A stretch of 64,000 bases of DNA from Bradymonadia bacterium (GTDB lineage: Bacteria > Myxococcota_A > Bradymonadia > UBA7976 > UBA1532). The translations under genes were made by a program, and so were the position numbers. Under the pieces are notes generated by a model. It did not search any database. It saw nothing but the letters and a program-made list of their open reading frames with translations, and was not told the DNA's origin. The first letter of the stretch is position 1. Every line of letters starts with the position of its first letter. The DNA lies in contig JBKAGE010000034.1 of the NCBI GenBank assembly GCA_046290225.1, positions 448,001 through 512,000 on the forward strand. The letters are read 5' to 3'. Positions 52,945 through 64,000 of this stretch are shown piece after piece.

Positions 52945-55308
52945 GTGCCTCGACACCCTCTCGATGCCCTCATCCGGGCCATCAGCCCCCTGGTGATCAA
53001 GGCGCCGTGGCAGATCCTCGCCATCGCCCTCGCCATGGCCGTGCTCATGGCTTTCGCCGCCCGCCCCATGTCGGTGCGATCCGATCTCGACGCCCTGCTC
53101 CCCAGCAACAGCCCCTCTCTCGTGGCTCAACGAGCGCTCAAGCAACGCCTCGGCGGCTCCGACGTGCTCATCATCACCCTCGAGGCCCGGGATACCCGGC
53201 TGATCCGCGAGCAGCTCGCCGAGGTGGCCGCAGCTGTGGCGCAGCATGAGGAGATCCGCGCGGTGGAGTGGCACCTCGATCTCGGGGTGTTGCGGCGAAA
53301 CGCGTTGATTCTGGTGCCCTCCCTCGCGGATCTGGAGGGCGCCGCGGAGACCCTCACCGCCCTCGTAAAGGGTCAGGTGAAATCCGCTCTGGGGCTGCTC
53401 GACGGGCCGGAAGTCCCAAGGACCGGGCCCCCCCCCGATCTCGAGGCTCAGGGTGAGGTGCTCAATGATCTCATCGCCCGACTGACCTGGGCCGCTGGTC
53501 AGGATCGAGAGTACTTCGAGGCCCGCCGCCACACGGCGATCTCCTTGCTGGCCTTGCCCGTGGGCTCGCCGAGAGATGTGCGCTATGCCCGACGTCTCGT
53601 GGCCGATGTGAAGCCTCTGGTGACCGCCGCCGTAGAGAAGGTGCTCGGTCCCGTGGGCCCGGAAGGCAAAGTCACCTCCATCGCCTTCGACGGCCGCTAC
53701 GTGAGCATCGCCCGAGAGGCGGCCACGCTGTGGCGTCGTGTGCGTCGCATCGGCTTGCCCGTGGCCTTGGGCTCGCTGCTCCTGCTCGCGCTCTATACAC
53801 GCCGCTTGTCGGCCATGACCCTGGTGTGCCTGCCCACGGCCTGGGTGGGGGTGATCTACAGCGGGCTGGTCTCCTTCGTGATGGGCGATCTCGACCTCAT
53901 GACCGTGTCGCTCTATCTGCTGATCCTGCTGCAAGGGATCATGAACGGACTCTATCTCTGGAGAACATATGGCGAGGCCCGAGCCCACGGCTGGTCCGAG
54001 GTCGAGGCTTTGCAGGCCACCCTCGCCGCCCCTGGACGCCGGTGTGTCGTGGCCGCCCTCGTGCTGGCGCTCAGCCTGATGCTGTTGATGCTCTCCGACT
54101 CCCCTGGTGTGCGGCGGCTCGCGGGGTTCGGCGCCCTCAGCGCTCTGCTCGGGGCGCTGAGCGTGCTCTTCGTGGCCCCCGCCCTCATCCGTGTGCTCAA
54201 GCCCGGCCAGCCCTCCACAGTGGGCGATCGCTGGCGCCCTCGGCCCGTGGTGGCCATCGGGGTGTCACTCCTGGCCCTCGCGGCGGCCTTCTTCGCCGGT
54301 ACACAGCTTCAACTGAGCACAGACCTGCGACACATGGGCACGGTGACCCCGAGCCCCCCGGCCATCGCCTTGTTGGGCACTGGCGCCCCGGCCTTGAAGG
54401 CGCCGGTCATCCTGCTCACTGAAGACGCTGAGGCCGCCGAGCGTGTCCGCCGGCGCCTGCCCATCGGTGGAGATCGGCGAGGATCCACGCTGTTGGATGG
54501 TGCCGCCGCCCTCAGCGATGTGTTGCCCCGCGATCAAGCTCGCCGGCTCACCGCGGCCAGGCGCATCTGCAAGTGGCTCAGTCGCAAGGGGGCGTTGTTG
54601 CCCAACCTCGACGCCGAAGGGCTCGCCGTGCTGCTGGCGCATTGTGATCCTCACCCCATCACCGAGCCAGATCTGCCCGCCTGGATCAGACATCAGTTCA
54701 CTGATCGACAGGGTCGGCTGGGCGCCCACATCTTCGTCTTCCCTCGGGGCTCGGCCCTCGACGGCACCGCGGCGCTGGCCCTCCACGATCTGGTGAACAC
54801 GCTGAAGGCATCCGAAGCTCGGCTTCAGGCTGCAGGGGGCGCCTTCATCTGGGCCGAGGTGCTCCTCGATCTCCAAGGCGATCAATGGCTGCTCTTGCTG
54901 AGCCTTCTGACAGTGCCCTTGTGGGTCTGGCTGCTCACGGGCCGCTTTGGACACAGCGTGCTGATGAGCGCCGCCCCCGTGCTCTCGATGGCCCTCACTC
55001 TCGGGCTCCTGGCGCTCTTCGGCAGACCGTTGGCGCTCTTCGACGCCCTGCTGTGGCCCAGCGCTCTGGCCCTCTGCCTCACCCTGAGCGCTCACCGCGC
55101 AGGTGGGGGCTCCCCCTGGCTGCTCTGCGCCATGCTCGTCCCCAGCGCTGCGGGCCTCACCCTTCTGGGCAACGGCGGCCTCGCCTCGGGGGGCCAGGTG
55201 CTCATCGTGCTCCTCGGCGTCGTCGCCGGTGTAGAGTGGTCCCTCAGGGGGGTGAGCAGCATCCCTCAGTTGCCTGCCCTTGCCTCGAGGCCCGCTTCGG
55301 ACCGATAA
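52945..55308 (+). CDS. MMPL/RND-like transporter (divergent)
   Basis: Duplicated TM plus soluble loop plus TM cluster architecture; SDLDALLPSNSPS. Confidence 0.7.
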   Translation: MPRHPLDALIRAISPLVIKAPWQILAIALAMAVLMAFAARPMSVRSDLDALLPSNSPSLVAQRALKQRLGGSDVLIITLEARDTRLIREQLAEVAAAVAQHEEIRAVEWHLDLGVLRRNALILVPSLADLEGAAETLTALVKGQVKSALGLLDGPEVPRTGPPPDLEAQGEVLNDLIARLTWAAGQDREYFEARRHTAISLLALPVGSPRDVRYARRLVADVKPLVTAAVEKVLGPVGPEGKVTSIAFDGRYVSIAREAATLWRRVRRIGLPVALGSLLLLALYTRRLSAMTLVCLPTAWVGVIYSGLVSFVMGDLDLMTVSLYLLILLQGIMNGLYLWRTYGEARAHGWSEVEALQATLAAPGRRCVVAALVLALSLMLLMLSDSPGVRRLAGFGALSALLGALSVLFVAPALIRVLKPGQPSTVGDRWRPRPVVAIGVSLLALAAAFFAGTQLQLSTDLRHMGTVTPSPPAIALLGTGAPALKAPVILLTEDAEAAERVRRRLPIGGDRRGSTLLDGAAALSDVLPRDQARRLTAARRICKWLSRKGALLPNLDAEGLAVLLAHCDPHPITEPDLPAWIRHQFTDRQGRLGAHIFVFPRGSALDGTAALALHDLVNTLKASEARLQAAGGAFIWAEVLLDLQGDQWLLLLSLLTVPLWVWLLTGRFGHSVLMSAAPVLSMALTLGLLALFGRPLALFDALLWPSALALCLTLSAHRAGGGSPWLLCAMLVPSAAGLTLLGNGGLASGGQVLIVLLGVVAGVEWSLRGVSSIPQLPALASRPASDR

Positions 55309-55352
55309 GAGCCTGAGAGCATTCCGGCACGTTCAGATCCTCAGGAGCCCCC

Positions 55353-56426
55353 ATGACCGCCCCCCTCACCCTCACGCAGTACACCTTCGAAGGCAGCCCC
55401 ACTGAGATCGGCCACGGCCTCGGCGAGACCCTCAGAGATCAGATCAAGGCCTTCACCGAGGTGCGCTTCGCCGCGGTAAAGCGCTACGCCGCTGATCGCG
55501 GTCGCGAGACGGTGGACGGCATCATGGAGATCGGCGCCCAGTGCCAGCAGATGTACGCCCAGTGGGATCCAGAGGGCTACGCCGAGCACGTGGCCATCGC
55601 CGAAGGGGCTGGCCTCGCCCCCCTCGACCTCTACGTCACCACCAACATGACCGACGTGCGCGACGTGCTGCTGCTCAGCGCCGGCGCCGAAGAAGAAGGC
55701 TGCAGCTCGGTGTTGTTGCCCAAGGGCCGCACCACCACCGGCGAGGCCCTCGTGGGTCAGACCTGGGATCTCAACCCCACTGACGTGGAGTTCATCGTCG
55801 GGATCCACCGCAAGCCCACCGAGAGCCCAGAGACGTGGTCCATGACCTGCACGGGCTGTCTGACCCTCATCGGCATGAACAGCAACGGCCTCGCTGTAGG
55901 CACCACCAACATCAAGGTGAAGGGATCACGTCCGGGGGTCTGCTACCTCGACATCCTGCACCGCATGATCCGTTGCCCTGACGCCGAAGCCGCCTCGGCC
56001 ATCGTCTCCAATGCGCCTCGTGCCGGCGCCCACACCTACTGGATCGCCGACGCGCAGCAGCAGCTGGAGTGGGAGGCGAGCCCCCTCGACGCCGTGAAGC
56101 GCGTCGCCGGCCCAGGCACGGTGCACCGGACCAACCACTGCCTCGTGCCCACCCATGTCGAGGCTCAGGGCGAGCAGCCCGGCGAGAGCAGCAAGGCCCG
56201 CTTCGCCCGCATCGAGCACCTGCTCGGTCAGGGCCCCATGGGTTTTGAAGGTCTAAAAGGGTTGTTTGCCGACCGCGCCGACGGCGTGCTCAGCGTGAAC
56301 CGCTACCCAGAAGACGATCAGGGCACCACCACCAACGGGGTGTTCATCGCCGAGCCGGCGACGAAGCGGCTGTGGGCCTGTCGCGGGCCTGCAGATCGGG
56401 CGGAGTGGGTGAGCTTCTCGTTCTGA
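55353..56426 (+). CDS. C45-family autoproteolytic acyltransferase/hydrolase
   Basis: EG-CS cleavage site, GQTWD, GMNSNGLAV, RTNH. Confidence 0.88.
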   Translation: MTAPLTLTQYTFEGSPTEIGHGLGETLRDQIKAFTEVRFAAVKRYAADRGRETVDGIMEIGAQCQQMYAQWDPEGYAEHVAIAEGAGLAPLDLYVTTNMTDVRDVLLLSAGAEEEGCSSVLLPKGRTTTGEALVGQTWDLNPTDVEFIVGIHRKPTESPETWSMTCTGCLTLIGMNSNGLAVGTTNIKVKGSRPGVCYLDILHRMIRCPDAEAASAIVSNAPRAGAHTYWIADAQQQLEWEASPLDAVKRVAGPGTVHRTNHCLVPTHVEAQGEQPGESSKARFARIEHLLGQGPMGFEGLKGLFADRADGVLSVNRYPEDDQGTTTNGVFIAEPATKRLWACRGPADRAEWVSFSF

Positions 56427-56473
56427 GCAGACGCTCAGTCGCTGTTCGCCCAAATGAAGCGCACCCCCCTGCC

Positions 56474-56998
56474 TCAGAAGGCCACACCAAATGACAGCTC
56501 TGGATACACGCGGTCACAGCTCTCCAGATTGTTCTCCTCACAGCCGCTCGTGTACTGCTCGTACACCGCGCCAAGGCCGAAGAAGCCCAGACCACCCTGC
56601 AACAAGATGATGCCCCCTCGGGCACCCACCGAGCTCAGATCCTCGAAGGGCTCTCCGAGGAACACGTTGCGGTAAAACACCCCGACATAAGGATTCACCC
56701 CACCTAGACTCAGCACGTATCGCGCAGTGGGACTGATCGACGACTGGCTCGGATCAGCATTGAAGTAGTGCTCGGCGTCCAAACCGATCTCCAGGCCATC
56801 AGCGATGAAATAGCCCGCACCAAGGCCCACGAAAATCACCGATGTATCACCGCCCAGGGGCGTCGCGCTCCCGCCACCCAGGGAGAGCCTCACCCGGCCC
56901 TTGTCGAAGGGCGTGGATCGCTGCGCGGAGGCAACACCCGCCAGCAGGCCGAGGCACACGAGAGAGAGACACGCAGACAAAACGAAATGGCGACGCAC
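56474..56998 (-). CDS. Small outer-membrane beta-barrel protein
   Basis: Signal peptide, alternating aromatic strands, terminal Phe (SFGVAF). Confidence 0.7.
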   Translation of the reverse strand: MRRHFVLSACLSLVCLGLLAGVASAQRSTPFDKGRVRLSLGGGSATPLGGDTSVIFVGLGAGYFIADGLEIGLDAEHYFNADPSQSSISPTARYVLSLGGVNPYVGVFYRNVFLGEPFEDLSSVGARGGIILLQGGLGFFGLGAVYEQYTSGCEENNLESCDRVYPELSFGVAF

Positions 56999-57120
56999 AG
57001 CGAAGCTCCGAGGCAGTGAATCCAGAGGACGGGAAGATTATCACCAATCTTCCAATGTTGTGCCGCCGGTGATGCGAGGGTGCTTGCCCTCTCTTGGAGT
57101 GAACGGTAAACCAACTGCCT

Positions 57121-57801
57121 ATGATTCAGCTTCAAAACGTGAGCAAGCGGTACAAGACCGCCGCTCAAGACGAATTCGCGCTCCGAGGTGTGAGCCTCTC
57201 CATCGGCGAGGGCGAGCTCACCGCCATCGTGGGCACCTCGGGCTCTGGCAAGACCACCCTGCTCAACCTCATCGGCGGCCTCGATCGCAGCTATGAGGGT
57301 GTTGTCTCCGTGGGCGGCCAGGATCTCGGCAAACTCTCCGACAAGGCCCTGGCTCAGTTTCGGAACCAGCACATCGGCTTTGTGTTTCAGCAGTTCAGCC
57401 TGCTCGATCACCGCACAGTGTTGGAGAACGTGCTGCTGCCCACCCACTTCGCCAAGGGGGTCGACATCGGCGCCCTCACGACGCGGGCGAGGGAGACGCT
57501 CACCGATCTCGGCCTCGGGGCGAAGATCAACGAGCGGCCCAGCAACCTCAGCGGCGGGCAGAAGCAGCGGGTGGCCATCGCCAGGGCGTTGCTCTTCAAG
57601 CCCAAGCTGTTGTTGTGCGACGAGCCCACCGGCAGCCTCGACACCAAGACCGGCCAGCAGATCATCGATCTCTTCGGCACCCTCAACGACGAGGGCTACA
57701 CCGTGGTGATCATCACCCACGAGGCCAGGGTCTCCGAGGCCGCCCGACGGGTGGTGCGCATCGAAGATGGCCAGATCGTCGACGCGGGAGGTGCCGCATG
57801 A
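57121..57801 (+). CDS. ABC transporter ATP-binding protein (LolD/MacB-like)
   Basis: [30 protein letters not shown]. Confidence 0.95.
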   Translation: MIQLQNVSKRYKTAAQDEFALRGVSLSIGEGELTAIVGTSGSGKTTLLNLIGGLDRSYEGVVSVGGQDLGKLSDKALAQFRNQHIGFVFQQFSLLDHRTVLENVLLPTHFAKGVDIGALTTRARETLTDLGLGAKINERPSNLSGGQKQRVAIARALLFKPKLLLCDEPTGSLDTKTGQQIIDLFGTLNDEGYTVVIITHEARVSEAARRVVRIEDGQIVDAGGAA

Positions 57802-59264
57802 GCCCCGGACGGCTGCTGTCTCTCGTCGGACAGAACATCAAGCGCTCTCGGAAGAACTTCCTGATGAGCGGCATCGGCATCGTGGTCGGCGTGGCCACCT
57901 TCGTGTTCTTCATGGGCCTCGGTGAGGGCATCAAGAACGTGGTCCTCGGCCGCATCTTCCTCATCGACCAGGTCGAGGTGGTGAAGAAGACCTTCGACAC
58001 CGGCATCATCCAGACCGACAGCATCATGGGCTTCGGGGCGAGCAAATCGCTCAACGACGATCTTGTGGAAGCCTTCAAGGAGATCCCTGGCATCAAGGGG
58101 GTCTACCCCAAGATGAAGTTCACCTTCCCCACCACGGGCTGGGGCGGAAAGTCCATCGTGGGCAAGGACATCCGCACGGTGATCTTCGCCGACGGCCTCG
58201 ACCCGGAGCTGGTGAAAGACGAGCTCAGCGACCCGAACGTCTTCGTGGATTACGACGCCCCCCGCAGCTGCAGCAGCGACAACGACTGCTACCCCCACCA
58301 GCAGTGCGCCGAGCAAAAATGCGAGAAGCGGGCGTGTGATCACACCCTCTCGAAGAAGGAGCGCACCGAAGCCTGCCCCGGCAAGAGCTACTGCCCTCGG
58401 GACACCGATCAGTGCGAGATGCCCATCCCCGCCATCGTGAGCAACGGGCTGCTCGAGATCGTCAACGGCAGCCTGCGCACCGCCATGACCACCAAGCGGC
58501 GCAAGATCCCCCGCATCTCGCCAAAGGTGCTCACCAACCTGTCCGGGCACCTGGGCCTCGGCAAGAGCTACCTCGGCAGAGCCGATCGCAAGAAACCCCT
58601 GACCCGGCGGGCCAACCTCGTGGGCCTGAGCGATCGCGCCATCGACCTGGGGCTCACCATCCCCATCGGCTACGTCAAACGCCTCAACGCCCGCTTCAGC
58701 GGCGCCAAGGCCGGCAACGAGTACCACTCCATTTTGATTCAGGTGAAAGACCAGACCCAGGTCCCCGCCATCACCAACAAGGTGCGGGAGATGGGCTACG
58801 ACATCGCCGACAAGACCGAGAACGCCGAGCGGGCCGCGGACATCATCCGCACCATCGAGGGCGTCTTCGGGCTGGTGAGCGTGGTCATCATCGGCATCGC
58901 CGCCATCAACATCAGCCAGATGTTCTTCATGATCATCTATCAGCGGAAGCGGGAGATCGGGTTGCTGCGCGCTTTGGGCGCCGGCCGCGGCGACATCCGC
59001 AACATCATTCTCAGCGAGGCCGCCATCATCGGCCTGTTCGCCGGGGCCATCGGCGCCGCTACGGGCTACGGGCTCGCCCGCCTCGCGGACTTCGTCGCCG
59101 GCAAACTGCCCGACTTCCCCTTCAAGCCTGACACCTTCTTCGAGTTCCCGTTGTGGGTGTGGTTCGCCGCCCTCGGCGGGGCCATGTTGTTCTGTCTCTT
59201 CGGGGCCTTCTTCCCCGCCCGCGCCGCTGCGCGACAGGAGCCCGCCGCCGCCCTCACTCAGTGA
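57798..59264 (+). CDS. MacB/FtsX-type ABC permease with cysteine-rich insert
   Basis: ATG overlaps ATPase stop; GIGIVVGV, QRKREIGLLRALGA, PARAAARQEP. Confidence 0.9.
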   Translation: MSPGRLLSLVGQNIKRSRKNFLMSGIGIVVGVATFVFFMGLGEGIKNVVLGRIFLIDQVEVVKKTFDTGIIQTDSIMGFGASKSLNDDLVEAFKEIPGIKGVYPKMKFTFPTTGWGGKSIVGKDIRTVIFADGLDPELVKDELSDPNVFVDYDAPRSCSSDNDCYPHQQCAEQKCEKRACDHTLSKKERTEACPGKSYCPRDTDQCEMPIPAIVSNGLLEIVNGSLRTAMTTKRRKIPRISPKVLTNLSGHLGLGKSYLGRADRKKPLTRRANLVGLSDRAIDLGLTIPIGYVKRLNARFSGAKAGNEYHSILIQVKDQTQVPAITNKVREMGYDIADKTENAERAADIIRTIEGVFGLVSVVIIGIAAINISQMFFMIIYQRKREIGLLRALGAGRGDIRNIILSEAAIIGLFAGAIGAATGYGLARLADFVAGKLPDFPFKPDTFFEFPLWVWFAALGGAMLFCLFGAFFPARAAARQEPAAALTQ

Positions 59265-59311
59265 GGCCACAGGCCCCTGTTCCACTCTGGGGTAAACTCA
59301 CCTCTCCATCA

Positions 59312-59340
59312 TTGACTGGCGGCACAGGCTTCTTTAACGT
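59312..59340 (+). promoter_or_regulatory. Sigma70-type promoter for PEGA kinase
   Basis: TTGACT-17bp-TAACGT. Confidence 0.55.
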
Positions 59341-59414
59341 CTGACTCGATTTCAACCTGAGTGTTGACGACCTGGAAGCGTCTGGCACCCCCTCTGTCGT
59401 CGAGGTCCCTCCCC

Positions 59415-62093
<2,679 letters not shown>

Positions 62094-62231
62094 TCACCGT
62101 GGTGCGTTCACCACGATGACCGCCCGCACACACCTGATCTTGCACCACAACAGCCCCGGTGGCACTGTTGCTCCCGGCCCGCTCCACCTCGATGTTGGTT
62201 GTGGTGCAGGCCGAGCACGGTGGGAGTTGAC

Positions 62232-63560
62232 ATGAGTGAGAAGAAAGAGACCGCCAAGTCGGCGGCAAAGCCCAAGGGCAAGACAGATCCACGCGAGGCG
62301 ATGGATCCGCCCAACGTCTACCAGCTGGCCCAGGCACAGTTGAGCCGAGCGGCCAAGGCCCTCGACCTCGACGCCAAGGTGCTGACGATCCTCAACCAGC
62401 CCAAGAACGAGCTGATCGTGAACTTCCCGGTGAGGATGGATGACGGCAGCTACAAACTGTTCAAGGGCTACCGGATCCAGCACAACAACATCATGGGGCC
62501 CTACAAGGGCGGCATGCGCTATCACCACGAGGTGCACCTCGACGAGGTCAAGGCGCTGGCCTCGTGGATGACCTGGAAGTCGGCCTTGATGGAGATCCCC
62601 TTCGGCGGCGCCAAGGGCGGCATCAAGTTCAACCCTCGGGATCACAGCGAGGGTGAGCTCGAGCGCATCACCCGGCGGTTCACCCACGCCCTCGGGGCCA
62701 ACATCGGGCCCAAGCACGACATCCCCGCGCCAGACATGGGCACCAACGCCCAGACCATGGTGTGGATGATGGACACCTACATGAACACGGGGAGCACCGA
62801 CAGCAAGAACTCCCAGCGTGGTGTCGTCACGGGCAAGTCCATCACTTCTGGCGGCTCTCTCGGTCGTGAGAAGGCCACGGGCCAGGGCCTCATCTTCACC
62901 CTGCTCGAGTGGGCCAGGGAGAACAACTTCAGCATCGACGGCGCCACGGTGGTGGTGCAGGGCTTCGGGAACGTGGGCTCCCACGCCGCCCGTATCCTCA
63001 CCCGCCTCGGCGCTGTAGTCATCGGCGTGGCTGATCACACTGGGGCCATCGGCTTCCCCGAGGGTTTCCACCCCGGCCGTCTGATGGAGTTCAGCAAGAA
63101 GAACGGCGGCATCGCCGGCTACCCCAATGGGCAGCCCCTCTCCGTAGAGGAGTTCTTCAGCATCAAGTGCGACATCTTCATTCCCGCAGCCCTCGAGGGG
63201 CAGATCACCCAGACCACTGCCCCCTTGATGGACTGCAAGGTCGTGGCAGAGGGCGCCAACGGGCCCACTGATCTGCGCGGCGAGAAGATCCTCGAGGACA
63301 AGGGCGTAGACATTCTGCCCGACGTGCTCGCCAACGCTGGCGGGGTCACCGTGAGCTACTTCGAGTGGCTGCAGAACCACCGCTCGGAGCAGTGGCCCGA
63401 GGAAGAGGTCGACCAGCGCCTCGAGAAGAAGATCCAGCAGGCCTACAAGACCATGCGCCGCATCGCCCGGGAGCACGGCGTGAACAACCGTACGGCGGCC
63501 TACATGCACGCGCTCTCGCGCATCCAGCAGGTGTACCGCGAGCGCGGCATCTTCCCCTGA
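62232..63560 (+). CDS. gdhA: Glu/Leu/Phe/Val dehydrogenase (glutamate dehydrogenase)
   Basis: GPYKGGMRY, FGGAKGG, PAPDMGT, QGFGNVG, EGANGP, NAGGVTVSYFEW. Confidence 0.93.
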   Translation: MSEKKETAKSAAKPKGKTDPREAMDPPNVYQLAQAQLSRAAKALDLDAKVLTILNQPKNELIVNFPVRMDDGSYKLFKGYRIQHNNIMGPYKGGMRYHHEVHLDEVKALASWMTWKSALMEIPFGGAKGGIKFNPRDHSEGELERITRRFTHALGANIGPKHDIPAPDMGTNAQTMVWMMDTYMNTGSTDSKNSQRGVVTGKSITSGGSLGREKATGQGLIFTLLEWARENNFSIDGATVVVQGFGNVGSHAARILTRLGAVVIGVADHTGAIGFPEGFHPGRLMEFSKKNGGIAGYPNGQPLSVEEFFSIKCDIFIPAALEGQITQTTAPLMDCKVVAEGANGPTDLRGEKILEDKGVDILPDVLANAGGVTVSYFEWLQNHRSEQWPEEEVDQRLEKKIQQAYKTMRRIAREHGVNNRTAAYMHALSRIQQVYRERGIFP

Positions 63561-63653
63561 TCTGCCCCACCCCCATCAAAAACAGGGAATCTCAGCGCGC
63601 GCTCCGGTGTGTGTTTCAGGTGTCCACCCGAAATGCACACCACGGAGCAGCCC

Positions 63654-64000
63654 ATGCCGCAGGATCCCCAGCCGACCTCCCAACTCGATCAACTGATTCG
63701 CTACGAAGTGAACCGCGTGCTGCGCTACCCGGCGCCCACCCCACTCGCTCGATGTGATCTCTACGCCTATGCCCAGCTCGGGCTGCTCGAAGCCCGGCAC
63801 AGGTACCAGGTCAGTCGAGGCCCCTTTGGCCCCTATGCTCAGCGATGGATCAGGGGCACCCTCATGCAAGGCCTTCGGTCTCACAGCCCCATCAGCAGAC
63901 GGGCGGCAGAGCGCTTGGGTCGGGAGAGCGAAGCGCTCAGCGCATCGGACAGCGCGCTGGCGTGGCAAAACCACCTCGCTCAGATCGGCGAAGCGGTCAC
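63654..64000 (+). CDS. Divergent FliA/WhiG-like sigma70-family factor (runs off window end)
   Basis: Not in ORF track. ATG after GGAG; DLYAYAQLGLLEARHRYQVSRGPFGPYAQRWIRGTLMQGLRS resembles sigma region 2. Confidence 0.65.
   Translation, partial: MPQDPQPTSQLDQLIRYEVNRVLRYPAPTPLARCDLYAYAQLGLLEARHRYQVSRGPFGPYAQRWIRGTLMQGLRSHSPISRRAAERLGRESEALSASDSALAWQNHLAQIGEAV

Noticed and set aside
62160..62172. TGGCAC..TTGCT sigma54-like site before gdhA
   Set aside because: Spacing is 3 bp too short for GG-N10-GC
62094..63509. 471-aa ORF antisense to gdhA (also those opposite groEL, ftsH, the permease and the PEGA kinase)
   Set aside because: Typical shadow frames of strongly codon-biased genes

Overview
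High-GC core-genome window with no rRNA, tRNA, CRISPR array or transposase that I can see. Gene content (AgmX/PglI-type TonB-like protein, paired gliding-type outer-membrane barrels, PEGA and zinc-ribbon Ser/Thr kinases, giant TPR proteins, cdaA-cdaR-glmM) points to a myxobacteria-like deltaproteobacterium; this is inference. Housekeeping blocks are tilS-ftsH-folP-cdaA-cdaR-glmM (-), a maf-yggS fusion plus proC (-) divergent from lexA-groES-groEL (+), smc-ftsY (-) and gdhA (+). The most interesting material lies between them: (i) the 9.67-10.77 kb intergenic region, holding a 155-nt ungapped imperfect palindrome, a 54-bp tandem repeat and an unannotated 54-aa ORF whose start codon is paired in a hairpin with the Shine-Dalgarno in the loop; (ii) a small basic protein behind a near-consensus promoter, a candidate nucleoid-associated protein; (iii) three protease-fold domains lacking catalytic residues (trypsin, CHAT, M48-like); (iv) a reduced ebo-like inositol/prenyltransferase cluster; (v) an uncharacterised four-gene envelope operon (beta-propeller, polytopic HExxH protein, MMPL-like, C45 hydrolase); (vi) D-[AG]-G repeats on the predicted extracytoplasmic parts of unrelated proteins. 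All assignments come from reading motifs by eye; no searches were run.
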